Positions 1-9,670 are shown, counted from the stretch's first letter. The stretch is 37,069 nucleotides of DNA from Candidatus Limadaptatus stercorigallinarum (GCA_018714975.1 DVMN01000029.1:1-37069); one strand, 5' to 3'. A program made the numbers and translations. Notes: generated from the letters alone by a model not told the origin.

Positions 1-226
1 GCACTAACTGAACATCGCTCGTTTTACCCCATCGAAAGCATTTTCGATGGGGACCCCGAAGTGGCGAGGAAGGCGACTCGCCTCGCACTACGCCCGTGTC
101 TGCTTAATTGCCATCCAGCTCGCGAGGTCGCGAAGCGCGCCGCGGCGTTCAAGCGACGGTTGCACCGCCTGTGAACGCTTGGCTGAGCGGCGCGTGGCAC
201 CTTTACGGGGCTAATCCCGCGGTATA

Positions 227-255
227 TTGACTTGCCTGTGCGGAACGGCTATACT
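227..255 (+). promoter_or_regulatory. sigma-A type promoter, probably giving a leaderless transcript
   Basis: TTGACT (227-232), 17-bp spacer, TATACT (250-255); ATG 6 nt later at 262 with no Shine-Dalgarno. Confidence 0.75.
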
Positions 256-261
256 GAAAAT

Positions 262-669
262 ATGGAAGAAGAAATCAGACTGTATATCGTCCTCGCAGTC
301 AGCATTGTCTTTGCGGTGTTGTATATTACGGGCATACTGGTTTTTTTCGGACACGCGGGTACGCTTGTCGCGGGATATAACTTTGAACCCGAATGTCCCG
401 AGGCGAAGAAACTGCACAAAAAAATTATGCGCCGCTTCGGTTGTGCTTTGCTTTTGATTTTTCTTTTTTTGCATGGGACGACAATGGCTTTCGTGTTCGG
501 AGAAAATGTTGCGGGCGGCGTTTTGGCAGGGCTTTCGGCTGCGGTTGTCATCCTGCTTTTGACTTACGTCAACATGGGAAAAGTGAAAAGGTGGGTGGAA
601 GAGGAACGCAGGATTGAGGAAGATTATCGCAGTTCGACAGGACGGGAAAACAAAGATTTTGGCGATTGA
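262..669 (+). CDS. small membrane protein, DUF3784-like
   Basis: Three hydrophobic segments and an LVAGYN motif; start moved from 232 to ATG 262. Confidence 0.7.
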   Translation: MEEEIRLYIVLAVSIVFAVLYITGILVFFGHAGTLVAGYNFEPECPEAKKLHKKIMRRFGCALLLIFLFLHGTTMAFVFGENVAGGVLAGLSAAVVILLLTYVNMGKVKRWVEEERRIEEDYRSSTGRENKDFGD

Positions 670-678
670 TTATATTGC

Positions 679-706
679 AAAAACGCCTGTTTAACAGGCA
701 TTTTTT
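679..706. terminator. bidirectional intrinsic terminator
   Basis: AAAAAC-GCCTG-tttaa-CAGGC-ATTTTTT between convergent genes. Confidence 0.65.
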
Positions 707-789
707 GTTTATAAACTTGGCTTTATGCGTTTTAACTGATTTTTGGCGTCAGCTTTGGGAACTGTCTGCGGTATTGTTTTCCGGCGGCA

Positions 790-1542
790 TCACGGTTCGT
801 TTGCGGTTGCGGACAGAGTTGCCGTGACGGTGTCGGCGGTAAGCCCCGCGGCGGCTATGCCGTCGAGTATTGAGGGGAGCGCTTCCACGGTTTTTTCGGT
901 GGGATGCAACAGGATGAGGTCGCCGGCCTTGATTCCTTTCAGCGCGCGTTCGGCAATCAGCGCCGCGTCGTGGTCGCGCCAGTCTATCGTGTCGCGAGTC
1001 CACATTATGACGGTGTAGCCGAGCTCTTCGCAAACTTCGAACATAGTGTTGCCCAGGCTTCCCGACGGCGGTGCGAAGAGAGGGGGGACCGCGGCGTCCG
1101 CCTGTTCGTCGGAAAGGTCGGAAAGTATGGCGCGCAGCAATTTTTCCGTGATGACAATCTCCTCGCGGTTGCCTGCGGCGTCGAGTTTCGCGTGGTCGCG
1201 GTGGAGATAGCCGTGGTTGCCGAGCTCAAAGCCTTCGGCGGCAAGACGCACCACCGTATCGCCGTTTTTCTCCGCCCATTTTCCGCCTACGAAAAAGGTA
1301 GTGTTCCATCCGCGTTCGGAAATGAGGCGGGCGATTTCTTCCACATATTCCGTGCCCTCGTAGACGTTGAACATCAGAGCCACGCGTCCGCTTTCGGGGT
1401 TGCCCTCGTAGACCGCGTTGTTCGCCTCGACTGCGGCGGGCGTTTCGGGGGTGAGCGCAAACAGCGCGGATGCGAGCACCAGCCCCAGCACGGCGCATAT
1501 TATCAGATTGGAGGTCACCAGTCGGAATCTGCGTTCTTTCAT
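790..1542 (-). CDS. ylxY: sporulation polysaccharide deacetylase-like protein (YlxY/SwsB type, NodB fold)
   Basis: N-terminal TM, then LMFNV in place of TFDD, GNHGYLH, FAPPSG, MWTRDTIDW and ILLHPT, matching the YlxY subfamily; adjacent to an M16 peptidase as in Bacillus; real start MKERRF at 1542. Confidence 0.8.
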   Translation of the reverse strand: MKERRFRLVTSNLIICAVLGLVLASALFALTPETPAAVEANNAVYEGNPESGRVALMFNVYEGTEYVEEIARLISERGWNTTFFVGGKWAEKNGDTVVRLAAEGFELGNHGYLHRDHAKLDAAGNREEIVITEKLLRAILSDLSDEQADAAVPPLFAPPSGSLGNTMFEVCEELGYTVIMWTRDTIDWRDHDAALIAERALKGIKAGDLILLHPTEKTVEALPSILDGIAAAGLTADTVTATLSATANEP

Positions 1543-1547
1543 ACTAC

Positions 1548-1576
1548 AAATTATGTTTGCGCGGACGGGGATATGT
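1548..1576 (-). promoter_or_regulatory. putative sigma-E promoter of ylxY
   Basis: Minus strand ACATATC-14 nt-CATAATTT, then GTAGT-ATG; fits the sigma-E consensus ATA-N16-CATAnnnT. Confidence 0.55.
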
Positions 1577-1584
1577 GGTATAAT
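1576..1584 (+). promoter_or_regulatory. extended -10 promoter of the M16 peptidase-dut operon
   Basis: TG-G-TATAAT (1576-1584), ATG 6 nt downstream at 1591, no SD. Confidence 0.7.
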
Positions 1585-1590
1585 AACGCT

Positions 1591-2853
1591 ATGAACGAAA
1601 TGATAGTATTCGACAGCGGGCTCAAACTCGTCGTGTCCCCGAACAGCGCCGTGCGTTCGGTGTCCGTGGGGGTGTTCGTGGGAGCGGGCTCGGCTTACGA
1701 AACGCCCGAAATGTCGGGCATATCGCATCTTATAGAGCACATGATGTTCAAAGGTACGGGGAGCCGCAGCGCCTTTGACATCGTCAACGAAATCGATTCC
1801 CTCGGCGCGCAGATAAACGCGTACACCACCAAGAGCCACACCTGCTATTACACCCTTTCGCGCGACGTGCACGCGGAAGAGTGTATGGACGTGCTTGCGG
1901 ATATGTACTTTAATGCCGCATTCGACCCGTCCGAGCTGAAAAAGGAAAGGAAAGTCGTGCTGGAAGAGCTGAGCGAGAGCGAGGACACGCCCGACGACCT
2001 TTGTATGGAGAAACTTTCGGCGGCGTTTTTTGCGGAACATCCTCTCGAAAAGCCGATACTCGGCACAAAAAAGACGTTGAAAGGGCTGACTTCCGAGCAT
2101 CTGCACGCCTACAAAAACGCGTTTTACGTCCCCGGCGGCACGGTCGTTTCCGTTGCGGGCAACGTGAGCGCGGAAGAGGCTGAAAGGATGGTGCGCAGGC
2201 ATTTCGAAGACAGATTCGGCTTCGGTGCGGAAAGTCCGCGCGCTCCTCTTGCGAAAGCGCCTATGAAAGGGGGCTTTGCGGGCGGAAAGAAGGAGATAGA
2301 GCAGGCGCACATTGCCTTTGCTTTCCCCGGCGCGGCGTACAACACGGAAGCGAGCTTTGCCGCAAGGCTGCTCGGCGCGGTGTTCGGGATGGAGATGTCC
2401 TCGCGTCTTTTCCAGAGCGTGCGTGAGAAACTCGGACTGTGTTACAGCATAGTCGGCTATCCCACGGCGTACGAGAACAACGGGGCGTTCATCATTTACA
2501 CGTCCACCAACCCTGCCAGCGTGGAGCAGGCAGTCGGCGCGATAAAGGGCGAGATAAAGAAGCTGCTTGCCGACGGGATAACTCCCGACGAACTCAAAAA
2601 GGGCAAGGAACAGATTGTCACGGGTATGGTGCTGGGGCAGGAGAGCACGTCCGCGGTGATGCGCGGTATGGGCAGGCACGCCGTAGTGACGGGCGACCTT
2701 TACGACATAGACGAACAGATAGCGGCGGTGGAGGCGCTCACCTGCGGCGACGTGGCGGAAGAAGCGGAAAGGATTTTCGATTTCGACCGTGTGGCGGCGA
2801 GCTGCGTCGCGTCCGACGTGCGCGACGTGTGTCGGATGATGAAGGAGATGTAG
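1591..2853 (+). CDS. M16 family zinc peptidase (pitrilysin/MPP-like, YmxG/MlpA type)
   Basis: HLIEHMMFKGT (HxxEH), INAYT, SSRLFQSVREKLGLCYSI; start at MNEMIV. Confidence 0.92.
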   Translation: MNEMIVFDSGLKLVVSPNSAVRSVSVGVFVGAGSAYETPEMSGISHLIEHMMFKGTGSRSAFDIVNEIDSLGAQINAYTTKSHTCYYTLSRDVHAEECMDVLADMYFNAAFDPSELKKERKVVLEELSESEDTPDDLCMEKLSAAFFAEHPLEKPILGTKKTLKGLTSEHLHAYKNAFYVPGGTVVSVAGNVSAEEAERMVRRHFEDRFGFGAESPRAPLAKAPMKGGFAGGKKEIEQAHIAFAFPGAAYNTEASFAARLLGAVFGMEMSSRLFQSVREKLGLCYSIVGYPTAYENNGAFIIYTSTNPASVEQAVGAIKGEIKKLLADGITPDELKKGKEQIVTGMVLGQESTSAVMRGMGRHAVVTGDLYDIDEQIAAVEALTCGDVAEEAERIFDFDRVAASCVASDVRDVCRMMKEM

Positions 2854-2854
2854 T

Positions 2855-3289
2855 ATGGACAAAGGAATAAAGAGCGTAGACAACGAGTTTTTCAAGGGTG
2901 CGGATTTCGGCGGTATGGACAAGCTGGACATTATATTCGCCATGCAGGAGAAGTTCGACCAAGACGTCATCAAAAACCGCGGGCTGGAAGACGTCACGCC
3001 GGAGCAGTGGATACAGAAACAGACTCTCGCTATGCTCAGCGAGCTTGCGGAGCTCATTGCGGAAGTCAATTTCAAGTGGTGGAAGAATCCCAAACCCGTA
3101 AATTCCGACAACGTGCGGCAGGAACTCGTGGACATACTGCATTTCTTTGTCGGGATGTGCAACCGCGCGGGTATGGGCAGCGAGGAACTTTTTGCCCGTT
3201 ACATAAAAAAGAACGAAGAAAATTTCAAGCGGCAGTACGGGGCTTCGGCAAAGCCGGGATATGCGCTTTCCGATTTGAAGGGCGAGTAA
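2855..3289 (+). CDS. dut: dimeric all-alpha dUTPase (dUTPase_2 / MazG-like)
   Basis: ELAELIAEVNFKWWK and ELVDILHF motifs; sits at the usual dut position after the M16 peptidase. Confidence 0.8.
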   Translation: MDKGIKSVDNEFFKGADFGGMDKLDIIFAMQEKFDQDVIKNRGLEDVTPEQWIQKQTLAMLSELAELIAEVNFKWWKNPKPVNSDNVRQELVDILHFFVGMCNRAGMGSEELFARYIKKNEENFKRQYGASAKPGYALSDLKGE

Positions 3290-3408
3290 AAAGCGGCGTT
3301 TGACGGCTGTTTGCGCAGATGAACGATAAACGAAACTTTGTTTCGTTTATTTTCTTTCCGCGCAGGTGGGCGCGCGCATATTTTTCGCTTGTTTTTGTAT
3401 ATATTGTG

Positions 3409-3417
3409 TGGTATAAT
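3409..3417 (+). promoter_or_regulatory. extended -10 promoter of the ftsK operon
   Basis: TG-G-TATAAT about 33 nt upstream of ATG 3450. Confidence 0.6.
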
Positions 3418-3449
3418 TGTCAAAAATAACAAAATACGGGACGGTGGAA

Positions 3450-6400
3450 ATGAACGATACCAGGCAGATGAGAGCCAATACCGGGAACAGGATAGCCTTC
3501 GGCGTCCTTATTCTGCTTGTGTCGCTTTTCGTGTTCATATGCACCTGCGGAGCGTTCGGCGGAGTGGGGGAGATGGTGTCCTCCGTGTTCGTCGGGTTTT
3601 TCGGGCTGGCGGACTACGCCTATTCTCTCGTCGGTATGGCGATTGCCGTCGCCGTCATTTTCAATTTCCGCATAAAGGCGACCCCCTCCAAAATCCTGAA
3701 ACTTTCCCTGATGTTCGTGCTCGGGATATGGGCGCTCAACATCTACTCTTCGTCGGGACACATGGCGGGCAACGGTTACGGCGAATATCTTCTCGCCAGC
3801 TATCACGGCGCAAACACCGCGGGCGGGATGCTTTACGGCATCATTTCCTATCCGCTTATGCGCGTGATTACGACGGTCGGCGCGCTTGTTGTGGTCTGCG
3901 CCGCGTTTTTCGTGATGGCGTTCATTGCCTTGATGCCGACCATCAAGAAGGACGTGACCTATGTCGCCGCGGACGCGACGCGCAGGGAAAAGCCCCGCCG
4001 CGGCAGCCGTATGGACAGACAGAAAGCGCCCGCGATTACGGATTTTTCCTCGCAGGAGGGCGGCGGTTCGCTCTATGTCGTGGACGTTGAGGGCGACCCG
4101 CTTTCCCGTTCCAAACGCAAAAACAAAGGCGCGGAGGGCTATGACCCTCTCTATCCCAATGCGGGAGCGCATTACGAGGACGAGCTGCGCTCGGGCGAAC
4201 GCGTTCAGACGCGCCCCGACCGTTTTTCCTCCCGCAGCCTTGCAAGGGACATTCTGTTCAGTCCCTCTCCCGAAGAGGACAGTTTTTCCAATTACAGGAC
4301 GATGACGAATCCGGGTGAAGCGCTGGCAAGCCCCGGAGCGCCTTACTCCGCCGTGCGCCGCAACGAGCTCAGGCGCAGACTCGGCGTCGACGATACGGAC
4401 GCCATGGCAAGGGATATAGTGCGCGAGCGCTACTTCGGAGAGGAGAAAAAGACGGAGGAAAGCTCTCCGTCCGCCGCTTCGAACATAATCGACCCCGACG
4501 CAAAGGGAGCGTCCGCGCTCGGCTATTCTTCTTTCGACGCGCTGAAAGCGGACAGAACGAAACAGTTCGGGCAGATGTTCGGTTCGGATACGAAAGCCGC
4601 CGAGGAAGCGGCGGCGAAGGGCGGTTTCGTAAAGCCCGCGTCTTACGGCGCCGAAAGCACGGGAGATGCGGTGAGGAGAGAAGTCCCGAAGCCCACCCGT
4701 CAGATGCCGAAACCTGCCGCGGGTGTGCCGGGCGCACCCAAAAAGGAGCAGTCCGCGGCAAATATGGCAGGGCTTCACGGCAGTGTGTCCAGGGCGATAA
4801 CGGGTGAGGAGAAGGCGGCGCCGCCTCAGCCCAACGCAATCCCCGACGTGCCCGCATACGAGAAAGCGGCGCGCCCCGACCCGACAAAGGACGCGAAGTT
4901 CGAGTCCGCGGTGGACGCGGCGCAGCGCGCGGTGCAGAACAAGCCGACGGATTTCGCGCGCAATACCGTGAGCGGAGCCGCACGCGAAAACAGAGTGCCG
5001 AGAGCGTTTGAGGGGACGGCGGCAAGAAAGGAAGACGCGGAAGCGGCAGCGCCGCGCACCGAAGAGCGCCGTGACACAACCCGTACCGACAGAATATTCG
5101 GCGGCGGATATGCTCCCGCCGAAAGGATAACCAAGGACGAGCCCGCAAAAACGGGCGGCACCGAGTCCGCGCGTACCGAAAGCGGTGCGTCCGAAAGCCG
5201 CGCTTCCACCGCGGCGGAAAGGACGGCCCCCGCGGCGGCGGAGAGGAAACAGCCCGAAAAGAGAGCGGCGGACAACGCGTTTGCGACGTCCGCGGGCGCG
5301 GCGGCGGCGCATCCCGAAACGCAGAAGCGTATGGAGGAGGCGATTTCCCGCGGCGTACCCGCAATGGAGGACGGCGGTTTCAAGGGCGACGGCCCCGTCA
5401 TACAGCAGTCGCTTTTTGCCAAACAGCAGATGGAAAACATTGCCAAGGCGCGCAGGGAAGCTCCGCCGCTCGCGAGTTACGAACGCATTGCGGAAGAGCG
5501 CAGCAAGCGCATTTACGCCCCTCGCGACAAGAGTATGCAGAAGGCGGAAAATCTGGCGAAGAAGATGGCGAAGGAAGGCGGCGGCGAGCGTATGACGCAG
5601 GTCAACATCGACCAGGCGATTTCGCAGGTTACCCCGCGCAAACCGTATATCGCGCCTCCTATGAAGCTGCTCATCCCGCCCGAACCCGAAATTTCGCAGA
5701 ACGAGGACTACGAATACAAGAAACAGGTCATATGCGACACTCTGCGTTTCTTCGGAGTCGAGTCGGAAGTGGTGGAGATAAAGGTCGGGCCCACGTTCTC
5801 GCTGTACACTCTGCACGTCGAGATGCCCAAAGGGAAGTCCGTCAGCAGTCTTGAAAACTACGAAAACGACATTGCGATGAAGATGGAGGAGGAGAGCGTC
5901 CGCATCCTCGCGCCCATCCCCGGCAAGAATGCCGTCGGCATAGAAGTGCCCAACAAGAAGCGCAGAATTGTGCGCCTCAGCGAGATTTTGCAGTCGCCGA
6001 AGTTCAATCAGTCCGCTTCGCCCGCGACGTTCGGGCTTGGCAAGGACCTTTACGGACAGGAATACGTCTGCGACATCAAGGAACTGCCACATATGCTCAT
6101 CGCGGGTGCGACGGGCGCGGGCAAGAGCTGCTGCATAAACTCCCTCATCATCAGTCTGCTTTACAAGGCGTCGCCCGAAGAGGTCAGGCTCATTATGGTC
6201 GACCCCAAGAGGGTGGAGCTTTCCGTATACGCGGGCATCCCGCACCTTATGCTTGACGAAATCATCTGCGACGTCGACAAGGCGATACGCGCGCTCAACT
6301 GGGCAATCGCGGAGATGCAGAGAAGGATAGAGTATCTGTCCCAGCTGCGCTACCGCGACATAGACGAGTACAACCAGAACTGCGAGAAAGAGGGCTACGA

Positions 6401-7133
6401 AAAGATGCCGCGCATCGTCCTCATAGTGGACGAACTCGCCGACCTTATGGCGCAGGGGAAGAAGGCGGTGGAAGACGCAATCAACCGCATCGCGCGTCTG
6501 GCGCGCGCGGTGGGCATCCACCTCATACTTGCCACACAGCGTCCTTCCGTCGACGTCGTCAGCGGCACGATAAAGAACAATCTGCCTTCGCGAGTGGCGT
6601 TCAAGGTCACCTCGCTTCCCGACTCGCGTACAATCCTCGACGCGGGCGGCGCGGAGAAACTGCTCGGCAACGGCGACTTGTTCTATATGACTCCGAAAAT
6701 CGCCACGCCTATCAGAATGCAGGGTGCGTTCATCTCCAACTCCGAGGTGAAATCGGTGGTGGAATTCTTGAAAGCCAACAACGAGTCCTATTACGACGAA
6801 AAGGTGAAGGACGCGATATTCAACGAGAAGTCGGACGAGCCCGCGGAGTCGCCCAAGGGCGGCGGAAAGAACAAGGAAGCGCAGGGCGGCATTCCGTCCG
6901 AGGTGTTTGCCGCCGTAAGAATGGGGCTGGAAGGCAACCCGATTACCATTTCGGGTATGCAGCGCAGGCTGGGGCTGGGCTTCCCGAAGGCGGCGAAGAT
7001 ATTCGACCTTATGCGCGATATGCACCTCATCGAGCCCACGGAAGACGGCAAGAAACACAAGGTGTGCATAACGGAAGAGGAGCTCGAAGAGCTGGAAAAC
7101 GGCGGCAACGCCGACGGAGAGAACGAAGAATGA
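3450..7133 (+). CDS. ftsK: DNA translocase FtsK/SpoIIIE
   Basis: N-terminal TM domain, long low-complexity linker, PHMLIAGATGAGKS Walker A, LIVDELAD Walker B, ATQRPS, C-terminal gamma winged helix (ISGMQRRLGLGFPKAAKIFD). Confidence 0.96.
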   Translation: MNDTRQMRANTGNRIAFGVLILLVSLFVFICTCGAFGGVGEMVSSVFVGFFGLADYAYSLVGMAIAVAVIFNFRIKATPSKILKLSLMFVLGIWALNIYSSSGHMAGNGYGEYLLASYHGANTAGGMLYGIISYPLMRVITTVGALVVVCAAFFVMAFIALMPTIKKDVTYVAADATRREKPRRGSRMDRQKAPAITDFSSQEGGGSLYVVDVEGDPLSRSKRKNKGAEGYDPLYPNAGAHYEDELRSGERVQTRPDRFSSRSLARDILFSPSPEEDSFSNYRTMTNPGEALASPGAPYSAVRRNELRRRLGVDDTDAMARDIVRERYFGEEKKTEESSPSAASNIIDPDAKGASALGYSSFDALKADRTKQFGQMFGSDTKAAEEAAAKGGFVKPASYGAESTGDAVRREVPKPTRQMPKPAAGVPGAPKKEQSAANMAGLHGSVSRAITGEEKAAPPQPNAIPDVPAYEKAARPDPTKDAKFESAVDAAQRAVQNKPTDFARNTVSGAARENRVPRAFEGTAARKEDAEAAAPRTEERRDTTRTDRIFGGGYAPAERITKDEPAKTGGTESARTESGASESRASTAAERTAPAAAERKQPEKRAADNAFATSAGAAAAHPETQKRMEEAISRGVPAMEDGGFKGDGPVIQQSLFAKQQMENIAKARREAPPLASYERIAEERSKRIYAPRDKSMQKAENLAKKMAKEGGGERMTQVNIDQAISQVTPRKPYIAPPMKLLIPPEPEISQNEDYEYKKQVICDTLRFFGVESEVVEIKVGPTFSLYTLHVEMPKGKSVSSLENYENDIAMKMEEESVRILAPIPGKNAVGIEVPNKKRRIVRLSEILQSPKFNQSASPATFGLGKDLYGQEYVCDIKELPHMLIAGATGAGKSCCINSLIISLLYKASPEEVRLIMVDPKRVELSVYAGIPHLMLDEIICDVDKAIRALNWAIAEMQRRIEYLSQLRYRDIDEYNQNCEKEGYEKMPRIVLIVDELADLMAQGKKAVEDAINRIARLARAVGIHLILATQRPSVDVVSGTIKNNLPSRVAFKVTSLPDSRTILDAGGAEKLLGNGDLFYMTPKIATPIRMQGAFISNSEVKSVVEFLKANNESYYDEKVKDAIFNEKSDEPAESPKGGGKNKEAQGGIPSEVFAAVRMGLEGNPITISGMQRRLGLGFPKAAKIFDLMRDMHLIEPTEDGKKHKVCITEEELEELENGGNADGENEE

Positions 7134-7176
7134 CCGGAAGTGCCGCGGGCTGCGGCGCGGAAGTGCGGGAGAACGG

Positions 7177-8475
7177 ATGAAGATAGGCGTTGTGTCGCTC
7201 GGCTGCGACAAAAACAGGGTGGACTCCGAAAAGATGATTGCGAGGCTTGTCGCCGCGGGACACGACATCGTGTCCGACGAAGCGGCGGCGGATATCGTCG
7301 TCATCAACACCTGCGCGTTCACGGACGACGCGAAGAGCGAAGCAATCGACGAAATACTTTCCGCGGCGCAGAACAAGACGGGGAACAAAAAGCTCATCGT
7401 CACTGGATGTCTGCCCGAAAGGTATATGGAAACGCTGGAAGAGGAGTTCCCCGAAGTGGACGCCTTTTTCGGAGTGGCGGATTACGACGAACTTGCCGCC
7501 GCAGTGGACAAGATTGCAAAGGGGGACAGGATTTACTGCCGCGGCGGCGCGGACGCGTATTACGGCGGCAGAGTGCTGACCACCCCGTATCATTACGCAT
7601 ATCTCAAAATCGCGGAGGGGTGCAACAATTTCTGCACCTACTGCGCCATCCCTTCCATACGCGGAAAATACCGCTCCGAGAAACCCGAAAATCTGCTCGC
7701 GGAAGCGAAGCGGCTTTCCGACGACGGGGTGAAAGAGCTCATCCTCGTTGCTCAGGACGTCACGCGTTACGGGGTGGATTTCGACGGGAAACCTCATCTT
7801 ACGGAGCTTGTGCGCGAGCTCGAAAAGCTGGATTTCGACTGGATAAGGCTGCTTTATCTCGAACCCGAAGTCGTGGACGATGAACTGATTGCGTTCGTGG
7901 CGAACGAGCCGAAGGTGTGCAAGTATATGGACGTGCCTTTGCAGCACGTCGACAGCACGGTGCTCAAAAGGATGAACCGCCACACCACGGAAGAGAGCAC
8001 GCGGGAACTCGTGAGGAAGATAAAGGCGGCGGGAATAACGCTGCGCACGTCTTTCATTTCGGGATTCCCCGGGGAGAGCGAGGAAGCGCACGCGCGGCTT
8101 GCCGCGTTCCTGCGCGAGGCGGAGATAGATTTCGCGGGCGTGTTCGCCTATTCCCGCGAAGAGGGCACTCCCGCGGACAGAATGCGCGGACACCTCGACG
8201 AGGACGTCAAACGCGCACGCGCCGACGAGTTGCGCGCTATTGAAACGGAAGTCATCGAGGCAAATTGCCTGCGCCGCATCGGACGCACGCTTAAAGTGCT
8301 TGCCGACGGCATAGATTACGACAGGCAGTGCTTTGTCGGGCACACGGAAAGACAGACGCCCGACGTGGACAACGTGGTATATTTCACGTCTGACGGGGAA
8401 GTGCGCGTCGGAGAGTTTTACGACGTCGCGGTGACCTCGTGCGACGGCATAGACCTCATCGGGAGAACGATATGA
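7177..8475 (+). CDS. rimO: ribosomal protein S12 methylthiotransferase RimO
   Basis: SLGCDKNRVDSE, INTCAF, radical SAM CNNFCTYC, TRAM domain; ftsK-rimO-pgsA synteny. Confidence 0.93.
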   Translation: MKIGVVSLGCDKNRVDSEKMIARLVAAGHDIVSDEAAADIVVINTCAFTDDAKSEAIDEILSAAQNKTGNKKLIVTGCLPERYMETLEEEFPEVDAFFGVADYDELAAAVDKIAKGDRIYCRGGADAYYGGRVLTTPYHYAYLKIAEGCNNFCTYCAIPSIRGKYRSEKPENLLAEAKRLSDDGVKELILVAQDVTRYGVDFDGKPHLTELVRELEKLDFDWIRLLYLEPEVVDDELIAFVANEPKVCKYMDVPLQHVDSTVLKRMNRHTTEESTRELVRKIKAAGITLRTSFISGFPGESEEAHARLAAFLREAEIDFAGVFAYSREEGTPADRMRGHLDEDVKRARADELRAIETEVIEANCLRRIGRTLKVLADGIDYDRQCFVGHTERQTPDVDNVVYFTSDGEVRVGEFYDVAVTSCDGIDLIGRTI

Positions 8476-9119
8476 CTCTTGCAACCAAAATCACGATAGC
8501 AAGGATAATTCTCATCGTGCCGACTGTGGTGTTTTATATAGTCGGAATGATAGAAGAAGCGGTTTATCTGCCGTTTTTGATAGTTTCGTGCGTCCTTTTT
8601 GCGATTTTGTGCTCCACGGACTTTGTGGACGGACACATCGCCAGAAAGACGAACACGGTTTCCGCGCTGGGCAAGTTCCTCGACCCGCTGGCGGACAAAA
8701 TCGTCATCGTGGTGATGCTGTTCCTCATCGTGTATTTCCGCGATTTCACGCTGTTTGCGTATGACGGGCTGGTCATTGCGCTGCTCGGCGGACTCATACT
8801 GACCCGCGAACTTACGGTCAGCGTGTTCAGGGCGGTCGCGGCAAGCCGCGGGCTCGTGCTTGCCGCCGACATTTACGGCAAGATAAAGACCGTGTTGCTG
8901 GACATCGGCACTGCGTTCCTCATCCTCGGAGGGGTGCACGAAGTCATAAAGTGGATAGGCGAAATAGTCTTCTTTGCGGGGGCGGTGCTCACCGTATGGT
9001 CGGGAGTGAGATACCTCGTCAAAAACAAGCAGGTGCTTTCCGACATCAACGCGCCCGCGGCAAAAGAGGAAAAGGCGGAAGAAAACGCGCAGGACGGGGA
9101 GAGCGTGAAAGCGGAATGA
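8472..9119 (+). CDS. pgsA: CDP-diacylglycerol--glycerol-3-phosphate 3-phosphatidyltransferase
   Basis: DFVDGHIAR...GKFLDPLADK CDP-alcohol phosphotransferase motif; ATGA overlap with rimO. Confidence 0.92.
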   Translation: MTLATKITIARIILIVPTVVFYIVGMIEEAVYLPFLIVSCVLFAILCSTDFVDGHIARKTNTVSALGKFLDPLADKIVIVVMLFLIVYFRDFTLFAYDGLVIALLGGLILTRELTVSVFRAVAASRGLVLAADIYGKIKTVLLDIGTAFLILGGVHEVIKWIGEIVFFAGAVLTVWSGVRYLVKNKQVLSDINAPAAKEEKAEENAQDGESVKAE

Positions 9120-9670
9120 GCGAAGTCATAAGAGAAAGCGACACGTTTTTCGGGCTGGTTGCCCGTGCGCTCGAAACGGCGGCGGACGCGGGACGCATTT
9201 CGGAAAAGAAAATCGTTTCCGCGCTCGGGGTGCGCAAGCCGACGGCGGCGAAGATAATGTGCGCGCTGGCGCTTATCGGCGCGCTGGGCGAAAAGCACGG
9301 CGGAAAATACGCTTATGCGGGAGAGTCGGATGCCACGGCGGACGTCAGGAAGCGCGCGGAAGAATTCCCGCAGGATTATCTTCCCATGGTGGAAGAGGAC
9401 AAGGCGTTCAAAGCGATAGGTGCGGAAGGTTATATGACGGGCACTCTGCTGCCCGCAGTCAGGATATGCGTGCTGTACGGCAGCGTCAGCGTGATATTCC
9501 TGCAAAGGAAAATGTCCGTGGGCTATGAGCGCGCGCACGAAATATTCGACATCATCGCCGCGTGCGGTTTTCTCGGCGAAGAGGACGAAATAAACCCCGG
9601 CCGCAGAAAGGTGAACATAGGCTACGCAGATTACGACAGACTGTTCGCCGCGCTCGGAGGCGGGAAGTGA
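9116..9670 (+). CDS. motor-less protein with one clear and one probable FtsK-gamma winged-helix domain
   Basis: SVSVIFLQRKMSVGYERAHEIFDII and ISEKKIVSALGVRKPTAAKIMCAL resemble the gamma domain of the upstream FtsK; start and stop overlap pgsA and cinA. Confidence 0.7.
   Translation: MSEVIRESDTFFGLVARALETAADAGRISEKKIVSALGVRKPTAAKIMCALALIGALGEKHGGKYAYAGESDATADVRKRAEEFPQDYLPMVEEDKAFKAIGAEGYMTGTLLPAVRICVLYGSVSVIFLQRKMSVGYERAHEIFDIIAACGFLGEEDEINPGRRKVNIGYADYDRLFAALGGGK

Noticed and set aside
1543-3162. N-terminal 540 aa of the 790-aa minus-strand ORF
   Set aside because: Antisense to the M16 peptidase and dut; the real protein starts at 1542.
3420-7403. 1327-aa antisense ORF over ftsK, and similar shadows over recA, rny, rimO and xseA-ispA
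   Set aside because: These mirror real genes in GC-rich DNA that rarely uses TTA/CTA/TCA codons; no recognisable motifs or start signals.
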